NCBI GenBank assembly: GCA_963716725.1
Contig: CAVQUB010000017.1
Coordinates: forward strand, 19,863 to 83,862
Source: an uncultured delta proteobacterium
Lineage (GTDB): Bacteria; Myxococcota_A; Polyangia; Polyangiales; Polyangiaceae
DNA: 64,000 bases
Reading direction: 5' to 3'
The position numbers and the translations under genes were made by a program. Shown piece by piece: positions 58,609 to 64,000 of the stretch (positions are counted from its first letter, which is position 1; every line of letters begins with the position of its first letter). The notes under the pieces are model-generated. The model saw only the letters and a program-made list of their open reading frames with translations, was not told where the DNA came from and did not search any database.

Positions 58609-59751
58609 ATGCAAGAGCTACTCGACTTCTTCCCCTTCAACATCGAGCCCGGAGGGCCTTTCCTCGACTTCTACCTGGTGCTCGCCTTCGTCGTCTTCGC
58701 CGGGGCGCTGATCGTGCGGGCCATCACCGCGCGCGTCCTGATCGACGCGGCACCTCCACTGGCCGCACCGCGCACCTCACCGATGATGTGGGCGGCCGCG
58801 GCCGGGACGCCGTACCGCATCCAGGCACCGATGGCGGCCGGGCCCCCGGCCGTGCGCGGCTTGGCCAAGGGCGTGGTGCCTCAGGGCGACGAGCTCGCGA
58901 CGGTGGCCTATCTCCGGCGCGGCGTTCCGGGTGTGGCCAACCTGCTCGTCACCCAGGCCCTGGGTGAGCGCTGGCTTGCGCCGGGTGCTCCAGTGGTCGA
59001 CGCCGCCGGGACATCGGAGTCCGTCTACGTGGTGAACCCCACGGTCGCGCCCGCCACCGAACTCGGTCTGGCATTTCAGCGTGCGCTCGTCGCCGCAGGT
59101 GGGCAGCTGCGAGTCTCCACCCTCACCCAGACCGCCGCGGCCCTCGCCGGCGAACGCGAGCCATCGTTTCAGGACATCCTGGCGCGAGCCGGTTTGATCC
59201 GGACGGGCGGGCGCATCGCGGCCTATGTGCTGCTCATTCTCTTGCCGGTTGCGGCGCTGATCTTGATCGCGGTGCTGCGCATCGGGTGGCTGATGGAGAT
59301 CGACCGCCCCTTCGGCAACCTCTTCACTGCGATGGGTGGCGTCTTCGCGGTCGGGCTGGTGATTGCGATGCTGGGGCGTAAAAAGAGCACGCTCGCGGGC
59401 TCCTACGCTTCGTGGCTCAACGACGCGACGCTCTCGCTCCGCGCGGACGTGACGGGAGGTCGGCGCTTCGAGGCCAATGACGTCGGGCTTGCCGTAGCGG
59501 TCGGCGGCGCCGCAGCGCTGGCCACGGTGCCCGCCTTCGTCGCGCTGCAACCCGCCATTGTCGGGGAGCGCCTGCTCTCGGTCGGCGAGATCGCGTCGGG
59601 CACGACCGGCGCCGGCAAGTGGGTCTTCTCGTCATCGGGTTCGTCGTCCGGGTCGTCGAGCTGTTCGACGTCCAGTTGCTCGTCGTCCAGTTGCGGCGGC
59701 GGCGGCGGTTGCGGCGGCGGCGGCGGTTGCGGCGGCGGCGGTGGCTGGTGA
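58609..59751 (+). CDS. TIGR04222-like membrane protein with Ser/Gly/Cys low-complexity C-terminal tail
   Basis: PF...GGPFL.FY N-terminus, VAYLRRG, DRPFGNL between two TM helices, tail SSSCSTSSCSSSSCGGGGGCGGGGGCGGGGGW. Confidence 0.8.
   Translation: MQELLDFFPFNIEPGGPFLDFYLVLAFVVFAGALIVRAITARVLIDAAPPLAAPRTSPMMWAAAAGTPYRIQAPMAAGPPAVRGLAKGVVPQGDELATVAYLRRGVPGVANLLVTQALGERWLAPGAPVVDAAGTSESVYVVNPTVAPATELGLAFQRALVAAGGQLRVSTLTQTAAALAGEREPSFQDILARAGLIRTGGRIAAYVLLILLPVAALILIAVLRIGWLMEIDRPFGNLFTAMGGVFAVGLVIAMLGRKKSTLAGSYASWLNDATLSLRADVTGGRRFEANDVGLAVAVGGAAALATVPAFVALQPAIVGERLLSVGEIASGTTGAGKWVFSSSGSSSGSSSCSTSSCSSSSCGGGGGCGGGGGCGGGGGW
59692..59745 (+). repeat. Three 18-bp tandem repeats encoding CGGGGG
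   Basis: tgcggcggcggcggcggt twice, then tgcggcggcggcggtggc. Confidence 0.9.
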
Positions 59752-59769
59752 GCTAGAATCGCCTTCGAG

Positions 59770-61026
59770 GTGCTCGACACGCTCGGCGGGCTCTGCTCGC
59801 TCACCCGCGCGAGCCCAACCCTGGACGGTTCGATTCCGCTGCGTGCAGCCCAAGCCTGTAGTCCTTTTCTGGACGGTAATCGCGTCGGCTTTCAGCTCGA
59901 GCTCAGCCAGCGCCTCGCGCTCGACAGGACCTTGGTAGGCGTCACGCTCCGACAGCCACCGGAGCTCCTGGTGCGAACGCTGCGGGGCACGGCGCCGCGG
60001 CTCGCCGCCGAGGGGCTGGTGCCTCCGGGCAGCGCGCTGTTGAAGCACCTCGCCCGCGGCCTGGTCTGGCGCGAGGGCAAGGGCAGCAGAGTGTCGCTCT
60101 TCACCGGGCTCTTTATCCGACCGAAGCCCGGCGTGGTGCTGAGGCTCGGTCACGCGGGCAATCGCCGCAACCTGCTCTTCGACGTCGAGCAGCAGTGGCT
60201 ATGCGATCCCTCGCGCTTCGTGCCCCTGGTGCTCGGGCTCGAGCTCGCGGCGGAGACCCGGTTCCCGCTGAGCTTGCACGGAGAGCTCGCCACCGTCGTG
60301 CCGCTCGATCCAAGCGTGCAGCTCCGGCGGGTGGGGCTCGCCGATGCGAGCGAGGTGGGGCGCGCGCATTTTGCCTTCTACGACCAGAAGTACTTCGAGC
60401 AAAAGAAGCGCGCCGCGACCAAGAAGTACAAGAAGATGCAAGCGCAGGGGTCCGAGATCGAGGAAGCGCCCGAGTGCCGCCTCGACGCAGTGACGGCGGG
60501 CCCGGATTGCATCACGGCCCACGAGTCGGCGCCGATCCAGCACTACTCATTCGAGAACGCGGTGCCGCTCTCGGCGTGCTTCGACGGGCACGACACCGTG
60601 GTCGATCCCGACCGACGCGCGCTGGCGCGCTTTGCGGAAGCGACCCGGAGCGCGTGGGCCAGTGTCTTCGACGCCGCGACCTTGGAGCGAGCGCCGGGGG
60701 CCATCTGGTACTTCACCAAGTACGTCACCCCGCACCAAGCGGGAGAGCCGCTCTTCTTCGTCAAGCCGCCGACCTTGATCCGATCGTCGCCCGGTTGGTC
60801 CACGCTGGTGGAGGGCGTGCCCGGCGCGGGCTACGAGGTGCTGCGAGGCGTGGTCGCGACCGATCGGTTCCACGCGCTGCCGGCGGTGTTCCGACTGAGC
60901 CATCCCGGTCGTCGCGTCTCGGTCAAGGCGGGGGCTGCCCTCGCGCGCTTCATCCCGATCCCTCGCGCCTTGCTCGAGGCCGGCTTCGACCGCGTCGAAT
61001 GGGGATACGCTCCGGGGGCGCCATGA
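59770..61026 (+). CDS. DUF6065-like hypothetical protein (possibly duplicated beta-rich domain)
   Basis: ACSPFLDGNRVGF; TGLFIRPKPG and TLIRSSPGWS; GVVATD...AGAALARFIPIPR. True start may be slightly upstream. Confidence 0.6.
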   Translation: MLDTLGGLCSLTRASPTLDGSIPLRAAQACSPFLDGNRVGFQLELSQRLALDRTLVGVTLRQPPELLVRTLRGTAPRLAAEGLVPPGSALLKHLARGLVWREGKGSRVSLFTGLFIRPKPGVVLRLGHAGNRRNLLFDVEQQWLCDPSRFVPLVLGLELAAETRFPLSLHGELATVVPLDPSVQLRRVGLADASEVGRAHFAFYDQKYFEQKKRAATKKYKKMQAQGSEIEEAPECRLDAVTAGPDCITAHESAPIQHYSFENAVPLSACFDGHDTVVDPDRRALARFAEATRSAWASVFDAATLERAPGAIWYFTKYVTPHQAGEPLFFVKPPTLIRSSPGWSTLVEGVPGAGYEVLRGVVATDRFHALPAVFRLSHPGRRVSVKAGAALARFIPIPRALLEAGFDRVEWGYAPGAP

Positions 61027-62030
61027 CCGACACGATCTCGTGGACCGCCGACGACGCGAGTCGCGCTCGCCTTCGAGAGGTGCTCGAAGAGCGCGGCTAC
61101 GCCTTGCTCCGGCCGGACCCAGCGCAGCTCTCACCGGAGCTGGCGGCGAACAATCCCTGGGAGGCCGCGACCCGTCTGTGGGGAGAGCCGCCGGAGCTGA
61201 TCGAGCGTCAGCCGATCGCCGCGGTGCCTTGGGGCAGGTCCTTCGCGTCGACCTCCGGGGTGACCCCGCTGCACACGGACAGTCAGCTCTACGCTGGGGC
61301 GCCGCCGGATCTCCAGCTCATGTTCTGCGCGCGCCCTGCGGATCGAGGAGGTGAGACCACGCTGCTCGACACCTGGCCCTTGCTCTCCGCCATCGAGCGC
61401 ACCGATCCCGGTCTCTTTCACGCGTTGCTGCACGCGAGCCGTCGCATTCCTTTCGTCTTCGGCGACGTCGTCGGACCCACCGTGTCGCTGCGCCGCGGCT
61501 CGGTGGTGTTCACCCAGTCGCCCATGGCGGCACCGGGCGATCCCCTGGTCGAGAGGCTGCGACCGCACCTCGATCGCGCAGACGTCACGCAAGTTCGCCC
61601 CGCGGGCGGGGACGTGCTGGTGGTCGACAACCACCGCATGCTGCATGGGCGAACGGCGTTCGAGGATGTCGAGCGCAGCTTTACGCGTCTCCTGCTCTGG
61701 CTTCTCGCGCCGCTCCCGTGCCCCGCCCCCCTGCGTGAGCTGTGTACTCGAGCGCTCGAGCTGCAGACGCCGCTGCTTGCCGGGTTGCCGGAGCCGGCGC
61801 GGCGCCGGCTCGGGCTCCAGACGCCGGCGGGGCGCGGCGCCAAGCGACGGCGCATCGTGATCGAGATGCTGCGCGGCGTGCCACCCGGCGTGCTCGCGCG
61901 CCGGCACGGTGTGCACGAACGAGACCTCTACGCTTGGCGCGACCGCGCGCTCGGGGCCGCTGACGCGGAGCTCGCACTGGACGACGAGACCGACCAGGTC
62001 CTGGCACGTCTCGTCGCTGTGACTTCGTGA
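61023..62030 (+). CDS. TauD/TfdA family Fe(II)/2-oxoglutarate dioxygenase with C-terminal HTH
   Basis: LHTD (HxD), GGET, DNHRMLHGRTAF...R; LARRHGV...LYAWR HTH; ATGA overlap with the upstream gene. Confidence 0.85.
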   Translation: MTDTISWTADDASRARLREVLEERGYALLRPDPAQLSPELAANNPWEAATRLWGEPPELIERQPIAAVPWGRSFASTSGVTPLHTDSQLYAGAPPDLQLMFCARPADRGGETTLLDTWPLLSAIERTDPGLFHALLHASRRIPFVFGDVVGPTVSLRRGSVVFTQSPMAAPGDPLVERLRPHLDRADVTQVRPAGGDVLVVDNHRMLHGRTAFEDVERSFTRLLLWLLAPLPCPAPLRELCTRALELQTPLLAGLPEPARRRLGLQTPAGRGAKRRRIVIEMLRGVPPGVLARRHGVHERDLYAWRDRALGAADAELALDDETDQVLARLVAVTS

Positions 62031-62317
62031 TGCTCGCGTCGAGCACTTCAGACCCGCGCTGCCGAAAAATGCTTCAAAAGGCCGCCGCGTCACCTATGCT
62101 GACGCGATGATCGACTTCGACGACTTGTCCGAGTTGACGCGGTTCATCGACGCTGCAGGCGCCAAGGTCGGCCCCGGCAAGACCGTCGCGCTGCCGCTTC
62201 TGCGCGTCGCTTTTTCTATTCGGCCCGTCGCACACCTGTCCCAACTGCGGAGCGCCGGTGCAGGTCTGAACGCCCTGAAGGCCACTTTCGATCGGGAGCG
62301 ACGAGGGCAGGGGGCAC

Positions 62318-62347
62318 TTGACACACTTCGACAAGTGTCGTATTGAT
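62318..62347 (+). promoter_or_regulatory. Sigma70-like promoter overlapped by a palindromic operator
   Basis: TTGACA at 62318-62323; TTCGAC-AAGT-GTCGTA at 62327-62342; weak -10 (tattgat). Confidence 0.6.
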
Positions 62348-62352
62348 GCTGC

Positions 62353-62664
62353 GTGGCTCGCGAAACTGAAGTGAAGCGGCTGAGCCGAGCCTTCAAGGCG
62401 CTGTCGAACCCCAATCGGCTGCAGCTGTTCCTGAATCTGCTCGAGGAGAGCCGGCTCGATCTGGCCAAGGGCCGGGTCCACGACTGCTTTCTCTCCGGGG
62501 TGCTGCACAACCTGAAGATCGGCGCGCCCACCGTCAGCCACCACGTGAAAGAGCTGGAGGACGCCGGTCTCATCGACACCGCCCGTGACGGCAAACAGCT
62601 GGTCTGCACCATCAAGCCCGAGGCCATGCAGGCGCTGCGCGCGGTGTTCGAGGCCTCGCGCTGA
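62353..62664 (+). CDS. ArsR/SmtB family transcriptional regulator
   Basis: FKALSNPNRLQ, PTVSHHVKELEDAGLI...RDG. Confidence 0.9.
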   Translation: MARETEVKRLSRAFKALSNPNRLQLFLNLLEESRLDLAKGRVHDCFLSGVLHNLKIGAPTVSHHVKELEDAGLIDTARDGKQLVCTIKPEAMQALRAVFEASR

Positions 62665-62687
62665 AGCCGTTTTTTTTGCTCTATTAA

Positions 62688-62703
62688 TTCGATACTTGTC
62701 AAA
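62688..62703 (+). promoter_or_regulatory. Second copy of the putative ArsR operator
   Basis: TTCGAT-ACTT-GTCAAA in an AT-rich patch just before the gaggagg RBS. Confidence 0.55.
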
Positions 62704-62724
62704 CTGTGAGGAGGAGACCGCAAC

Positions 62725-63735
62725 ATGCAATCCGTCGAACGCCAGGTGATCGCCATCGAGAAGTACGGCCCCGCGAAGTCCTTGAAGCTGAAGCAGCGCC
62801 CCGCAGAGCCGGTCGGGGACGACGACGTGGCGATCGCCGTGAAGTACTCGGGCATCAACTTCGCAGACATCCAGATGAGACTTGGCTTCTACCCGGACGC
62901 ACCCAAGCGCCCCTTCGTGCCCGGCTACGAGGTCAGCGGCACGGTCCGGCAGGTGGGAAGGAACGTCTCACGTTTCAAGGTCGGTGATCCCGTGGTGGCG
63001 GGCACTTACTTTGGGGGCTACGCCTCCCAGGTCACGGTCCCGGCGATCCAGGCCTTCGCGCTGCCCGCGAGCAGTGACCTCGCCAGCGCCGCGGCGCTCC
63101 CCGTCAGTTTCTTCACGGCGCAGCTCGCGCTCTTCGAAATGGGGCGCATTCGCGCCGGCGACCGGGTGCTGATCGAATGCGCCACGGGCGGGGTCGGCAC
63201 CCTCGCGGTTCAAATGGCCAAGCACGTCGGCGCCCAGGTGGTGGGGCTGACCACGACGGCCTCCAAGAAGGAGTACATCGCAGCCTTGGGCGCGACGCCC
63301 TACACGCGGGAGGAGTTCTTTGCCGATCCAAGCGTCGGCGGTTTCGACTTCATCTTGCAGGCTTCCGGCGGCAAGGAGATCCGCCGGCAGTTGCCTCGCT
63401 TGGGATTGACCGGTCGCATGGTCTGCATGGGGATGAACTCCGGCGTGAAGGATGGAAAGCGCAACTACCTCCGGTTGGCGGCTGCGGTGGTGCAGACCCC
63501 CGTCTCTCGGTGCTCGAGATGCTGAACAAAAACGTGGGCGTGCTTCGGCTTGAACGCGCTGCATGTGCTCAGAGATCCAAAGTGGGTACAGCGCCTGACC
63601 GAGTCTTTGGAGCGAGTGGGTGAGATGAAGCTCGAGCCCCACGTGGGCAAGATCTTCCCGGCCACCGACGCCGCCGCGGCCCATCGCTACCTCGAAACCC
63701 GCCAAGCCACCGGCAAGGTCTTGCTCGAGTGGTGA
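62725..63735 (+). CDS. MDR-family quinone oxidoreductase (VAT-1-like), interrupted by two compensating indels
   Basis: GINFAD, PFVPGYEVSG, ATGGVG, C-terminal AHRYLETRQATGKVLL. One C is missing in the run at 63497-63501 and there is one extra base near 63543. Confidence 0.85.
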
Positions 63736-63765
63736 GCGCGGGGACTGACTCGGTGGCGCTGCGCG

Positions 63766-64000
63766 CTAGCTATGACCGAGCAGGCTCGCCACGCGCTGGT
63801 GGGCGATGCCGCGCGCTGGATCTGCCGCAAAGGCAGTCGCCCAGTCCATGGTGAAGCGCGCGTTGATCTCGCTCAGCGGATTCAGGACGGTCCGGTGCGT
63901 TCCGTCGAGCGCGCGGTGTCGGAACGCATCGATGCCGAACGGGCCGAAGTAGCCAGCCTGGCTCAGCGCCGCACCCACCACGCTCATGGTTTGGGCGAGG
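63766..64000 (-). CDS. C-terminal end of a probable ATP-grasp-like protein (partial)
   Basis: GYFGPFGIDA...EINARFTM; continues beyond the window. Confidence 0.55.
   Translation of the reverse strand, partial: LAQTMSVVGAALSQAGYFGPFGIDAFRHRALDGTHRTVLNPLSEINARFTMDWATAFAADPARGIAHQRVASLLGHS

Noticed and set aside
61850..62030. IS3-like transposase
   Set aside because: Only an HTH fused in frame to the dioxygenase. No integrase core or terminal inverted repeats seen.
62107..62346. 79-aa ORF between TauD and ArsR
   Set aside because: No recognisable motif, and it runs over the ArsR promoter. I cannot support it as a gene.
1..64000. rRNA, tRNA, CRISPR arrays, prophage or integrase genes
   Set aside because: None recognised by eye. 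Intergenic gaps are short, but small RNAs cannot be excluded without a covariance search.

Overview
A high-GC (roughly 70% by eye), gene-dense bacterial window with about 60 CDSs. It is most likely from a Myxococcota/Polyangiaceae-type genome. That is inferred from a MYXO-CTERM-like sorting tail, Gly/Ser-linker lipoproteins and a Hanks-type Ser/Thr kinase. Housekeeping genes include ndh, panE, purE/purK, cysK, pgpA, a Uup-like ABC-F ATPase, glpA/glpB and a membrane-fused spermidine synthase. I saw no rRNA, tRNA, CRISPR array or intact transposon. The best candidate for an uncharacterised system is a tightly coupled five-gene operon at 56515-62030. It encodes a DUF692/MNIO multinuclear iron enzyme, a nucleotidyltransferase, a TIGR04222-like membrane protein, a DUF6065-like protein and a TauD-type Fe/2OG dioxygenase with an HTH tail. 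All five Cys of the membrane protein sit in a RiPP-like C-terminal tail (CSTSSCSSSSCGGGGGCGGGGGCGGGGGW), so the operon looks like machinery for modifying a membrane-tethered peptide. Other notable items are a lipoprotein protein-arginine deiminase with the full animal-type catalytic set, a catalytically dead PEP-utilizer plus degenerate FGE-domain gene pair, a surface-anchored penta-heme cytochrome, and a glpA-glpB-UbiA operon. Several single-base frameshifts suggest residual indel errors in the assembly. All family assignments come from motif recognition by eye, not database searches.
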